From positions 9,071-73,070 of the forward strand of contig PBZE01000019.1 in NCBI GenBank assembly GCA_002730095.1: a stretch of 64,000 nucleotides of DNA, in the 5' to 3' direction. The notes below the pieces were generated by a model, which was not told where the DNA came from, searched no databases, and saw nothing but the letters and a program-made list of their open reading frames with translations. Source of the DNA: Methanobacteriota archaeon. Its GTDB lineage: Archaea > Thermoplasmatota > Poseidoniia > Poseidoniales > Thalassarchaeaceae. The translations under genes and the position numbers were made by a program. The number at the start of each line of letters is the position of its first letter. Within the stretch, counting starts at the first letter, position 1. Positions 30,091-40,103 of this stretch are shown here, one piece after another.

Positions 30091-31092
30091 TCAAGATGCC
30101 TCTGATAGCCACTTCTTCATAGTGCATGACTGACACACCGGCCTAGAAGTCGGCTCTCCGCAAATAGAACAGCTGCTTATGTTACCATTCGGATCGGGAT
30201 GCACAACTCTGTGTATCTCTCTTATCTGATCAAGAGAGTGAAGAAGTCCGTGTCTAGCTCCGGGAGTGAGTGACTCGAGCTGTGCCACAATAGCCCTACT
30301 CTGCTGTCTCTGGGCACCAGGGGCGTGTGGGCAGTCTCCATGATGGATTGGTAGACTATTGACGATCGCAAATGCGTGTATCTCTTGCTCTGGAATCCAC
30401 CTTAGAGGAACTATTCTTGGAACCATCCCCTCAATTGGGGAAGATGTGTGTGGAGCTAGTCTAACTGATCTCTCAATCTCTCCTTTTTGGAGATTCATTA
30501 GAATTGACTGAGCCATATCATCGAGATTATGACCTAATGCCATAACATCGGCACCCACTTTGTCTGCCAAGGCATTGAGGCTTTGTCTTCTAAAAACTCC
30601 ACAGAAAGAACATGGCATCATCCCACTGGCCTCATCGTTGAGCTCGCCCATTGCAGGGATTTTTGACACAACCTCGTCCATCCTATCATATCCCATTTCT
30701 TCATAGCTCAGTGTAACGAAGTCAACACCTAGGTCCTCCGAAAGACTCCTCGCACACTCCAGAGAGGGAGATCTGTATCCGTCAATTCCCTCATCAACGC
30801 AACCTGCCACGAGTCTCACATCCCTCCTCCCCCCGATAATGTCTTTCATCATAGTCAGAAGGACGGCTGAGTCCTTTCCTCCGGACACTGCAATAAGGAC
30901 CACGTATGGACTTCCGTCGGTTTTCCTAGCATCTTTTGGGAGAGTGAGTTGCCTCCTGAGCTCCTTTGACGTTCTTCTTCGAATAGAGTCTGAGAGGTGC
31001 TTGCCACAGAGATGTTGCCCGCTGTATGGCTGGTGGACAACAGCCGGGAGCTTGCATCGGCTGCAACTGGTTACCGATATTGCCCCCCCCAT
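30091..31092 (-). CDS. ncsA: tRNA 2-thiolation protein, NcsA/TtuA/Ctu1 family (TIGR00269-like)
   Basis: N-terminal CxxC..CxxH, PP-loop SGGKDS, CSFCGVFRR, GHNLDD, CPHA and C-terminal CxxC..CxxC. Confidence 0.9.
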   Translation of the reverse strand: MGGAISVTSCSRCKLPAVVHQPYSGQHLCGKHLSDSIRRRTSKELRRQLTLPKDARKTDGSPYVVLIAVSGGKDSAVLLTMMKDIIGGRRDVRLVAGCVDEGIDGYRSPSLECARSLSEDLGVDFVTLSYEEMGYDRMDEVVSKIPAMGELNDEASGMMPCSFCGVFRRQSLNALADKVGADVMALGHNLDDMAQSILMNLQKGEIERSVRLAPHTSSPIEGMVPRIVPLRWIPEQEIHAFAIVNSLPIHHGDCPHAPGAQRQQSRAIVAQLESLTPGARHGLLHSLDQIREIHRVVHPDPNGNISSCSICGEPTSRPVCQSCTMKKWLSEAS

Positions 31093-31108
31093 ATAGTTGC
31101 CCGGGAGT

Positions 31109-31146
31109 GTTCAAGACTTGAACCCAGTGCGAGTCCGTAGGCTACG
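31109..31146. promoter_or_regulatory. Two palindromes in the divergent region upstream of ncsA
   Basis: GTTCAAG-A-CTTGAAC (31109-31123) and CGTAG-G-CTACG (31136-31146). Function inferred only. Confidence 0.4.
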
Positions 31147-31189
31147 ATTTAGGGCATTTTTGATAATGTAGGAATTTTTCAAAGGGGCG

Positions 31190-31441
31190 ATGGAGGGAAG
31201 TGGGACATTGATGGATAGGCCAATTGTCAGAGGTGAAAATCATTCTTCGCTACCGGAAAGACTTGTGATACTATTCGTCCTATTGGGAGTGTTGGCTTCT
31301 TACGATGAAATTAATGAGTTTGTTCAATCAACCTCAGGAGTGGCTTCTGAAATACTTACTATTTTCTTACTTATCATAATGGTACCATTGTTGTCAGATT
31401 GGCTGTTCAGAGTCATATCTTCCATTACTGGAATGAAATAG
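31190..31441 (+). CDS. Small two-TM membrane protein
   Basis: 83-aa ORF filling the gap between genes, with two hydrophobic helices. Confidence 0.55.
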   Translation: MEGSGTLMDRPIVRGENHSSLPERLVILFVLLGVLASYDEINEFVQSTSGVASEILTIFLLIIMVPLLSDWLFRVISSITGMK

Positions 31442-32650
31442 TCAAGACTCGCTCGATCTGAACCTCATTAGTGTAGACTCAACAATTCCAGTGACTCTCT
31501 GCCAAGGAAGTATAAATCTCATACCGGCAACAACAATCAAGAAAAGTCCTGCAGAAATTACCTTTCCATAGGTCAGTTGTAACTCGAGTGACTCTCTAAC
31601 TTGTCCGGCCCATTGACCGCCGGACAAAGCACTCACTGTTGATATCAGGAAGTCATCGAATTCTAGAGCTATGGCCGTGGTTATCGAGACTAAGGCCATC
31701 ACGCCGATAAGATGGGCAATGTGTCCGTTCAGAACGTTATTGAATTGTCTAACGTACTCTGGATCTCTTCTAGCCTCACCTGGCAACATGGATGCGTATT
31801 CCATGTTAGAAATTACTGCTGACCCAGATTCTAGGTACACCAGTAGTAGTATAGCTACTGCCAGAAGGTTAAGTGAAAGCGGGGATACCAATCCGCCGAA
31901 TAAGGTCGCCTCGCCTATTTGCGCAGGTAGAGGCGATAGCCCTAAGTCTACTGACTCGGTTATGCCCTCAAAGGTAAGAATCGCATGGATACCTATTATG
32001 GTCAGATAATATCCTATTGTCCATGTCAGAAGCTTTCTAGAGAGTCCCCATATTCCCATTAGTCCAGAGAGTATTGGTGCGAAAACAATGCCGAGGAAAA
32101 CTAACTCAAAGATGAATAAGACGGGTTTTGAGAGATATTCCAGATGATTCAATTCATCTGCTGATCCCCAAGGAAGATGGAAACCATAGCTCGATATTGC
32201 TGCGATCCACGATACCGCAAATGGTAGAAGGCCCCATGCTAGCATGCCACCTATTAGCAACCTTCTGATATTCCTGCTAATGCTTTCTTTGGCCGTTAGT
32301 GTATAAATCCAAATTGCAGTAAGGATCGCGCAGAGTATCAGAGGCGCTAGAAGAGTCATATTTCCGGTCTGATCCAGTCCATGGATTGCATCTGGGAGAA
32401 CTAGAGACCCTGTTTGCTCTCTAAACCAAATCAATCCCCTTGTATGCTCATAGGATGGACACCAGTAATTCGAGCCCTCCGAATATGACTCGACAAAGGA
32501 CTCTGAACACGATCCATAAAGCTTGATCATCCTGTTCATCAAAGCTAGAAGGGCAGCAGTAGAAACTAACTGGAGGAAGATAATTTTCCATCTCTTACGG
32601 AGCTTGGATATCTCAAGGGATTGATTATCAGGAATTGTATTTTTTGCCAT
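31442..32650 (-). CDS. Polytopic membrane protein of unknown function
   Basis: About 8 hydrophobic segments; GGTGGA upstream; follows the DUF58 gene after 11 bp. Confidence 0.75.
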   Translation of the reverse strand: MAKNTIPDNQSLEISKLRKRWKIIFLQLVSTAALLALMNRMIKLYGSCSESFVESYSEGSNYWCPSYEHTRGLIWFREQTGSLVLPDAIHGLDQTGNMTLLAPLILCAILTAIWIYTLTAKESISRNIRRLLIGGMLAWGLLPFAVSWIAAISSYGFHLPWGSADELNHLEYLSKPVLFIFELVFLGIVFAPILSGLMGIWGLSRKLLTWTIGYYLTIIGIHAILTFEGITESVDLGLSPLPAQIGEATLFGGLVSPLSLNLLAVAILLLVYLESGSAVISNMEYASMLPGEARRDPEYVRQFNNVLNGHIAHLIGVMALVSITTAIALEFDDFLISTVSALSGGQWAGQVRESLELQLTYGKVISAGLFLIVVAGMRFILPWQRVTGIVESTLMRFRSSES

Positions 32651-32661
32651 ATTTATTCCAC

Positions 32662-33924
32662 CTATCCCAAATTAATCTGTAGTAGTGCCTGTGATAGTTC
32701 TACATCAGGAGTCCAATCAATCACTTTCGCACCATATCCAGCTATTGCAGTTAGTCTATTCTGCCTCTCCAATTTCAGAACCTCGTATGACATTCTCGGA
32801 ATTCTACTAACCAGTCTTTCCAAATCTATGCTACTGGGAGATAAAACGATTACCTGGTGCCCCTTTCCAGAAAGGCTTCTGATGGCTGGAAGAGTTGTGC
32901 CATCTCCCTCTAGGCTGCTGATAATGAAAACTGGAGAGCCCCTACTTATCCTTGGAGATAATGCATTGGTCACGGCTTGAAGAGGCATGGAGCCCTTTGA
33001 CTGCACTGATGCAAGGCCGCTCAGGATCTTGAAGTACTGCTTATCTCCAGTTTCCGGGGGCAGATAGTCCATTCTTGATCCATAAGTTACAAGAGAAACT
33101 GAGTCCCTTCTTTTTAGGAAATAGTTAGACACTGATGCAGCGGCTACCGTGCCCATCTCAAGTGGATTCTTCAGAACGGTTCCAATCCTTGAAACATCAC
33201 GGGTATCAACAATCACGAAGACGTCAGTGACTGCATCTCTAGTCTTCTCATTCACCATCATCTCCCCGGTCCTAGCTAGGGCCTTCCAGTTGATTGAACG
33301 GAATGAGTCGCCGGGGAGGTATTCTCTGAGAGCGTAGAATTCCATACCTGGCCCGGGGGTCTTTAGAGTGGTTGCCCCCGAGTACATCTTGGGCACATCA
33401 GATCTCAGAAGCGCGTCTTCAATATCTCTAATCTGAGGGAATACTGTAATGTCTGATCGATCGTCTACCTTTGTTTCACTTACAAATAGATTGAATGCAT
33501 TCCGATACCTCACTGATACCGGACCGACAGTGTAATGCCCCCTGAGAGGGCACCTCACTACATACTTCATCGTCGCAGACTGGCCCGGGCCCAGATTCAT
33601 CCTCATCTGATTTATTCCCTTCCTCATCTTCATTTCATGAGGGACGTTATCGAATAGCTCTAGTTGCTGAGTTCTTCGATAAGAATTGTTGGTGATAGTC
33701 AATGAAATTACAATATCATCTCCCTTGTATACATTTGTAGCTGAAGTCTCTCTCCTGATTGTTAGATCAGAATGACCAGAGACCCAGCCATTTATGGCCA
33801 GCATAGAGATGAAAGAAAGACCAATTATCATTAATTGGAAATTGGAAATCATCATTCCGACAAGAATCAAGCTTATGCCACTAGTGAGCATTATTGCAGC
33901 CTTTCTTGTCCACAAATTAGACAC
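32662..33924 (-). CDS. DUF58 (vWA-like) membrane-anchored protein
   Basis: RGHYTVGP, GxGMEFYALREYLPGDSFRSINWKALAR and VIVDTR. Confidence 0.9.
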   Translation of the reverse strand: MSNLWTRKAAIMLTSGISLILVGMMISNFQLMIIGLSFISMLAINGWVSGHSDLTIRRETSATNVYKGDDIVISLTITNNSYRRTQQLELFDNVPHEMKMRKGINQMRMNLGPGQSATMKYVVRCPLRGHYTVGPVSVRYRNAFNLFVSETKVDDRSDITVFPQIRDIEDALLRSDVPKMYSGATTLKTPGPGMEFYALREYLPGDSFRSINWKALARTGEMMVNEKTRDAVTDVFVIVDTRDVSRIGTVLKNPLEMGTVAAASVSNYFLKRRDSVSLVTYGSRMDYLPPETGDKQYFKILSGLASVQSKGSMPLQAVTNALSPRISRGSPVFIISSLEGDGTTLPAIRSLSGKGHQVIVLSPSSIDLERLVSRIPRMSYEVLKLERQNRLTAIAGYGAKVIDWTPDVELSQALLQINLG

Positions 33925-35560
33925 CTCCTTCCGTATCAGTAGCTCCCCACTCTTTGATTCTCTTCACGATACCGACTAGTTCATCTGCCTTGTATCTCCT
34001 GTCATTGAAGATGAAGTCTGTCAAGACCTTGTCATCTACCATCTTCTGTAGCTCGGATGCAGGGAGGGCATCGAATTCTTCCCTGGACATTGCATTGACA
34101 TTCCTGATACGGGTCAGAAGGACCTGTCTGATTTTCTCTGGCCTCTGGTAGTACTCATACCTCCTTGCATCTCCGAACCCATAATAGATTATCCTGAAAA
34201 CATGCCTCCATTCATCTGGATCCTCTTTCCTGATTAAAACTGCCTCGAGGGATATGAAAAGACCGAGGAACAATATTAGCATCGCCATCCAGTCATTTGT
34301 GAAGTAGATGAGTAGGTAGTATAGAAGATTGTAGGTATCGCCTCCAATATTTGATTGCTGATGTCTGCTTTCATCAAAAATTACTATGGCATTATCACTA
34401 GCCTGAGTGCTAGAGTTTCCAATCAGAAGTGCTTCGGCAATGATATCCAAAGCCCACTTTCGATTATCGTTATCGGGAACTAATTCTGAGTATTCTGGGT
34501 CGAAATCTGGGTTATAGAGGGAATTTATCAGAAGTGAGCCGTCAGAAACGAAGTGGACCCTCCCTGAGTCGGGATCTACACAAAGTCGATCGAAACAATA
34601 TCTGACATAAACTGCAAAGGGCCCCTGTTCGTCATCCTCAATTCCTGCTGCCTCGAACCCGACCGTCAGATTACCGTCGTCATTGGTATCAAGATATGAA
34701 TCTAAAGTCGATCTGCCTATTGCATACCTATTCTCCACTGGATTGTATGAACTGTCCTTCTCAAAAGCTGAAGGGCCATTAGTCAACATATTGTATCCCT
34801 CTGAGAAATCCCAAGAAGAGGTAGCAGAGTCGAATCTGTGAGAGCACAGTCCAGCATCACCCAAAGAGATTCCAGATGTGGTAATTGCTGGGTCTTGTGG
34901 ATTTAGATCTAGAAGATCAATGACGCCGTCTGAATCGGAATCCTTCAGACATGGATTTACTGAAGATAGCGAACCGGAATTGGTTGTGAAATTGTAGGCC
35001 GATGAGGAGTTGACCCAAACATAGTTGTAATCCAATTCATGGGCATAGGCTTGTCCATCATAGAGCCTATGACCAGAATAATCCAAACCAAATTGTCTGG
35101 CCAGTTGAGCGGAGTAACCAAAGTCATCCATCAAAATTACGGTTCCCCCTCTCTGGACAAAATTTTCAATTGCCAGAATCTCAGAGTTGGTGTAACCATC
35201 GCTCTCGGTTAATTCAATGACGCTCTCATCACCGGTAAATCTTGGGAGTGAAATTGTATCCCTCTCAACACCTGAGACGATGAAAACCGCTTCCTCGGGA
35301 TAGTCTATCTCACTGAGCAGTAGTGGACTGGAAACAAGTGCATTTGTCTCAATACCCATGTTATTGATATCTGACCTAAAAGACCCAAGATCATTCCAAT
35401 CGTCGCCGTACGCCGACTGTTGAGTCTCGCCATCGACCAAGTATGTCTGAAGTATCTGAACGGCGAGTATGGCTATAAGAATCCAGAATGCCCCTATCGA
35501 TGCCCCTCGCCTAAATTTGGGGGATGAAAGCCTTCTAATTGTATTACTGAAGTCTGCCAT
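33917..35560 (-). CDS. DUF4350-like membrane-anchored extracellular protein
   Basis: TM; SAYxxxWNDLGSFR; FVQRGGTVILMDDFG; GRVHFVSDGSLLIN; VIFDESRH; TM; DxDxDG inserts. Confidence 0.72.
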   Translation of the reverse strand: MADFSNTIRRLSSPKFRRGASIGAFWILIAILAVQILQTYLVDGETQQSAYGDDWNDLGSFRSDINNMGIETNALVSSPLLLSEIDYPEEAVFIVSGVERDTISLPRFTGDESVIELTESDGYTNSEILAIENFVQRGGTVILMDDFGYSAQLARQFGLDYSGHRLYDGQAYAHELDYNYVWVNSSSAYNFTTNSGSLSSVNPCLKDSDSDGVIDLLDLNPQDPAITTSGISLGDAGLCSHRFDSATSSWDFSEGYNMLTNGPSAFEKDSSYNPVENRYAIGRSTLDSYLDTNDDGNLTVGFEAAGIEDDEQGPFAVYVRYCFDRLCVDPDSGRVHFVSDGSLLINSLYNPDFDPEYSELVPDNDNRKWALDIIAEALLIGNSSTQASDNAIVIFDESRHQQSNIGGDTYNLLYYLLIYFTNDWMAMLILFLGLFISLEAVLIRKEDPDEWRHVFRIIYYGFGDARRYEYYQRPEKIRQVLLTRIRNVNAMSREEFDALPASELQKMVDDKVLTDFIFNDRRYKADELVGIVKRIKEWGATDTEGGV

Positions 35561-35649
35561 GCGTAGGCCTCCATCTATAGGAATAACCACCGAGCCTTAA
35601 CTTCGTATTAATACCGTTGTGGGGCCATGAACATACCCGCATCAGGTGT

Positions 35650-35895
35650 TTAACGTGTTAGCTGAATCGCAGAACCTATTTTGGCGACCTCAGAAACAGG
35701 TACCGATAGTAGTCCTTCGGAAGTAGGCCATGGTAAGAATTTGGGGTCTATTCCTTGGTCTATAACTACCAATAAGGAAACTATAGATCCGGTATCCATA
35801 TCCACACTAAAGTCAGCCATAGTTCCGAGCTTATCATTGGATGCGTCTACCACATCCCTCCCCAAAAGCTCTCGACCAAAGGTTGTTGGCACCAT
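35650..35895 (-). CDS. PRC-barrel domain protein
   Basis: ELLGRDVVDxxxxKLGxxxDFxVDxxTGxI pattern. Confidence 0.85.
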   Translation of the reverse strand: MVPTTFGRELLGRDVVDASNDKLGTMADFSVDMDTGSIVSLLVVIDQGIDPKFLPWPTSEGLLSVPVSEVAKIGSAIQLTR

Positions 35896-35901
35896 TTCAC
35901 C

Positions 35902-38127
35902 TCAAACGGATTCTATTCCTGCTAGACTGTCTGGCAATCTACGTACGGATTGAAGTCCACTTGTTAGAAGATCCTCCATTCTGTTGTAGTAAAGCATCAT
36001 CTCATCAGTGACTGTCGGCCTAACCCTCTCAACCGCCTCCTCAAAGTGCTTCCTAGAAACCGTCTTCTTGTTGGCCCTCATAGCGATTAGCCCGGCCTCT
36101 CTGCAAACTGCCTCTATATCAGCCCCGGTATAGTTCTCTAATTTAGAAGCAATCTCGTCCAAGGAGAATTTTCCGAGAGGCATATTTTCTGTATGAATAC
36201 TCAGAATTGATTTCAGAGCTTCGGGATCCGGGGGAGGGACATGCATTACCCTCTCGAATCTCCCACTCCTAAGGAGAGCTGGATCAATCATCTCAGGACG
36301 ATTTGTGGCTGCTACCACTATGACCCCTTCCATGCCCTCTACTCCATCCATACTACTCAAGAGCTGATTCACTACCCTGTTGATTACATCAGACCCTTCA
36401 CCAGAGCTTGATCTTCTTATTCCGGCAATACTTTCAAACTCATCCAAGAATATAATCGAAGGGCTGGATTGCTTTGCCTTCTTGAAAACCTCACGAACAG
36501 CCTTCTCTGACTCGCCTACCCACTTTGAAATTAGTTCTGGTCCTTTGATAGTGATGAAATTCGCCTTCGCCTCATTGGCAATGGCCTTGGCCAGCAGGGT
36601 CTTACCAGTACCAGGCGCCCCGAAGAGGACGATTCCCCTAGGGGGATTGATTCCAAAGTGTTCGAACAATTCTGGCTTGGTCAGGGGCCACTCGATGCTC
36701 TCCTTGAGTCTGTCCTTAATTTCTTGCAGCCCTCCTACCTCCTCCCAAGAGACTTCAGGGACTTCGAGATAGATTTCCCTTAGTGCACTGGGCTCAATTT
36801 CCTTAATTGCCAATCTGAAATCGGCCATGATAACGGCCATTTTCTCTAATACCTCAGGGGGAATCTGCTCCTCGTCTAGATCTATCTCTGGGAGATACCT
36901 CCTCAGAGCTTTCATGGCCGATTCTCTAACCAGAGCTGAGATATCCGCCCCTACAAATCCGTTAGTGTTATCCAGCAACCATTCTACGTCAAAATCATCG
37001 CTAATTGGCATTCCACGCGTGTGGATACCGATGATTTCGGACCTTCCATTTTTATCTGGAACGCCGATTTCTATTTCTCGATCAAATCTGCCTGGTCTTC
37101 TGAGAGCTGGGTCTATTGCATCCTGTCTGTTTGTCGCTCCTATCACAACAACGTTGTCTCTCCCCTGCATTCCATCCAGAAGAGTCAGTAGCTGCGCGAC
37201 GACTCTTCGTTCAACTTCTCCGCTTACATCCTCCCTCTTAGGTGCAATACTATCTAGCTCATCTATGAAAATTATAGCAGGAGCATTAGATGCTGCCTCT
37301 TCGAAAATCTCTCTCAGTTGCTTCTCACTCTCTCCGTAGTACTTGGATATGATTTCAGGGCCATTGATAGAGGTGAAGTGAGCATTTGTCTCAGAAGCCA
37401 CTGCCTTTGCAATGAGGGTCTTTCCTGTCCCAGGAGGGCCATGCAGTAGCACCCCTCGAGGAGGATCAATGCCCAATCTTCTGAATAGAATTGGATGCTT
37501 CAATGGGAGTTCTATCATTTCTCTGACTTTCTGAAGCTGGTCTCCTAGTCCCCCTATGTCCTCGTAAGAGATTGTCTGAACGTCTCCTTGCTCTTCCTCA
37601 TCTACCGCATCTTCCTTGATTACAATGTCTGTGTCTGGAAGGACTTGGACGATTCCCTTAGGCTTTGTAGAGACAATAGCGAATGGAAGAGCCTCTGCGA
37701 AAAGGGTCATACCTGGAATGAAAATTCTGTCTCCTGCTACCACGGGCCTCTTATTGAGGCCTCTGCGAGCAAATCCTTCTATTCCCGGGCCGAATCTGAC
37801 TTTCTGCTGTTTAGCCATTACAGGACTGAGGACTAGCCTCTGACATGGCTGTGTCTCGACCTTCTTTATGTCTACTCTGTCGCCCAAGCTTACACCAGCG
37901 TTCTTCCGGATTATTCCATCTACTCTGATTACTCCAAGATTGGCGTCCTCCGGCCTGCATCTCCAAACGATTGCAGCTGTTTTTCTCTCCCCCGATACCT
38001 CAATTATATCGCCCGGTTTGAGATTTAGATCGTTATCGAATGGTACTCTGGCCCTACCATGCCCGACGTCGCTTGGTATTGCCTTTGCTACCCTCAATGT
38101 GAGTGAATCAGAATTGTTGTCGGTCAT
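35902..38127 (-). CDS. cdc48: CDC48/VAT AAA+ ATPase
   Basis: N domain plus two AAA modules ([16 protein letters not shown]; FIDELD, FLDEFE; RPGRFD, RSGRFE). Confidence 0.97.
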   Translation of the reverse strand: MTDNNSDSLTLRVAKAIPSDVGHGRARVPFDNDLNLKPGDIIEVSGERKTAAIVWRCRPEDANLGVIRVDGIIRKNAGVSLGDRVDIKKVETQPCQRLVLSPVMAKQQKVRFGPGIEGFARRGLNKRPVVAGDRIFIPGMTLFAEALPFAIVSTKPKGIVQVLPDTDIVIKEDAVDEEEQGDVQTISYEDIGGLGDQLQKVREMIELPLKHPILFRRLGIDPPRGVLLHGPPGTGKTLIAKAVASETNAHFTSINGPEIISKYYGESEKQLREIFEEAASNAPAIIFIDELDSIAPKREDVSGEVERRVVAQLLTLLDGMQGRDNVVVIGATNRQDAIDPALRRPGRFDREIEIGVPDKNGRSEIIGIHTRGMPISDDFDVEWLLDNTNGFVGADISALVRESAMKALRRYLPEIDLDEEQIPPEVLEKMAVIMADFRLAIKEIEPSALREIYLEVPEVSWEEVGGLQEIKDRLKESIEWPLTKPELFEHFGINPPRGIVLFGAPGTGKTLLAKAIANEAKANFITIKGPELISKWVGESEKAVREVFKKAKQSSPSIIFLDEFESIAGIRRSSSGEGSDVINRVVNQLLSSMDGVEGMEGVIVVAATNRPEMIDPALLRSGRFERVMHVPPPDPEALKSILSIHTENMPLGKFSLDEIASKLENYTGADIEAVCREAGLIAMRANKKTVSRKHFEEAVERVRPTVTDEMMLYYNRMEDLLTSGLQSVRRLPDSLAGIESV

Positions 38128-38269
38128 GTGCATCGGCTCCTAGCAGATACTTCTCGTCAGACGACGTAGTTAAACCCACCAATCAAAGGATGTCAAAAAT
38201 TGCGATTGGTTATCAGAACTAGGGGTCCCGATAAGTAGCATTATGTCCAGTGGGTGATTCGGTCAATGC

Positions 38270-39898
38270 ATGACTCATGTGCTGGAAACAGGTTTCGAAG
38301 AGATGGAAATAGAAAATCCGAATGGCAGTCCTGCCATTAGAGGGTACAATATTATTGCAGGAAAACTATCGCAATCGAGTGATGGAGAAACGTTTCTGAG
38401 TCACAATCCGGCTTGGTTAGAAGACACGGTGGGCGAATTTCCTCTTTCCACAAAGGAAGATGTTCATGAGGCACTGAGAGCTGCAAGATCGGCGTTTGCT
38501 TCGTGGTCCTCTACTCCGGCGCCAACGCGTGGACAAGTTATTGGAAACATGGGCCGACTCCTTATGGAAAGAAAGGATGACCTAGTTCGCTTGCAGGCTC
38601 GAGAGATTGGCAAAACAATGAAGGAATGTGGAGGTGAAATTCAGGAGGCCATAGACACGTGTCTTTTCTTTCAGTCTGAGGGCAGAAGATTGTATGGCCA
38701 GACGGTTAATTCTGAGCTTCCTGACAAGGAACTATTCACTTACAGGAGACCACTAGGAGTTTGTGGAATTATCAACGCATGTAACTTCCCGTCAGCTGTT
38801 CCTTTCTGGAAGATGATTCCTGCCATAATGTGCGGGAACACTTGTGTTTGGAAATCACCACAAGACTCTCCTCTGTTATCATTCGCACTTGCAAGGATAA
38901 TGCATGAAGCAGGTCTTCCAGATGGAGTAATCAATCTTGTTCATGGAAAAGGCAGTGGTGCAGGCCAGCATTTGGTCGATGCGACCGATTTGGGGCTGGT
39001 TGACAAGATTTCGTTCACTGGAAGTACTCCAGTAGGGAAGATGATTGGAGAGGCATGTGGTAGAAATCTAGTCAGCGCTTCATTGGAACTCGGTGGTAAA
39101 AACCCACTAGTGGTGATGCCATCAGCTAACATCGACAATGCTGTTGAAGGTGCATATTGGGCTGGTTTCGGAACCGCTGGACAGCGTTGCACTAGCTTAG
39201 GAAATTTGATTCTGCATGATGAAATATATGACGAATTTATGTCAAAATTCATGAAGAAGGTAGTAGAGACCAGGATTGGTGACTCTATGCGTCATGATGG
39301 GGTTCTCTACGGCTCAATGCTCTCAGAGAAATATGGTGATGACTTTCTCAAGGGCCTAGATATGTGCGAATCTGATGGAGCTACTAAACTATGGGGGTCA
39401 GGTAGGATCTCAGAGGGCAATCTGCCAGAAGGTTTCGTTGGAAATGCGTCTGATGGGGTATACATGTGGCCACACGTATACGAAGGTGTGAAAGAAGATA
39501 TGAGATGCTTCCATGAGGAGATTTTTGGCCCCGTTGTAACCGTAGTCAGGGCTGTAGATTTCAATGATGCTTTACGTTTGGCTAATGCTTCTCCTTTCGG
39601 GCTCTCAAGTGCTTGCTACACCAATGATAGGCTGGAGGCTTTCAGGTTCAAGACCGGAATTAAAGCGGGAATGACTGGCATAAACAATTCAACGACTGGT
39701 GCCGAAGCGCATCTTCCCTTCGGAGGGGTCAAGGAGAGTGGTAATGGAAGCAGGGAGTCTGGAATATGGGTTCTAGAATCATACTCATACTGGCACGCTG
39801 TTAATGACGAGCTTTCCGGGAAATTACAACTGGCACAGATGGACGTTGATGAAATCGAGATGGAAGAGGCTGAAGCTGATTACTCTGGACTAGCTTAG
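38270..39898 (+). CDS. NAD(P)-dependent aldehyde dehydrogenase
   Basis: SFTGST, LELGGKN, AGQRCTS, EEIFGP and PFGGVKESG. Confidence 0.93.
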   Translation: MTHVLETGFEEMEIENPNGSPAIRGYNIIAGKLSQSSDGETFLSHNPAWLEDTVGEFPLSTKEDVHEALRAARSAFASWSSTPAPTRGQVIGNMGRLLMERKDDLVRLQAREIGKTMKECGGEIQEAIDTCLFFQSEGRRLYGQTVNSELPDKELFTYRRPLGVCGIINACNFPSAVPFWKMIPAIMCGNTCVWKSPQDSPLLSFALARIMHEAGLPDGVINLVHGKGSGAGQHLVDATDLGLVDKISFTGSTPVGKMIGEACGRNLVSASLELGGKNPLVVMPSANIDNAVEGAYWAGFGTAGQRCTSLGNLILHDEIYDEFMSKFMKKVVETRIGDSMRHDGVLYGSMLSEKYGDDFLKGLDMCESDGATKLWGSGRISEGNLPEGFVGNASDGVYMWPHVYEGVKEDMRCFHEEIFGPVVTVVRAVDFNDALRLANASPFGLSSACYTNDRLEAFRFKTGIKAGMTGINNSTTGAEAHLPFGGVKESGNGSRESGIWVLESYSYWHAVNDELSGKLQLAQMDVDEIEMEEAEADYSGLA

Positions 39899-40002
39899 GT
39901 GAACATCTCTCCGCATTCTGGACAGGGCAGACCTGGGAGCCATGCCCCCGGCATGTAGCCACAGTTGTAGCAAACTGAGGACTCCAATCCGTGATCATCC
40001 AC
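39895..40002 (-). CDS. Small CPxCG-type zinc-finger microprotein (about 35 aa)
   Basis: GTG start; CYNCGY...CPECGE; stop overlaps the ALDH stop. Confidence 0.5.
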   Translation of the reverse strand: MDDHGLESSVCYNCGYMPGAWLPGLPCPECGEMFT

Positions 40003-40103
40003 ACGAGTACAAGTGTGGTTTTTGGTTTCAACGTTGGGTGCATCTGAGCAAACAAGAAGCAATTGCTTAAGGGGCACATCCGTACCCTAGGTACAGGATT
40101 GTC

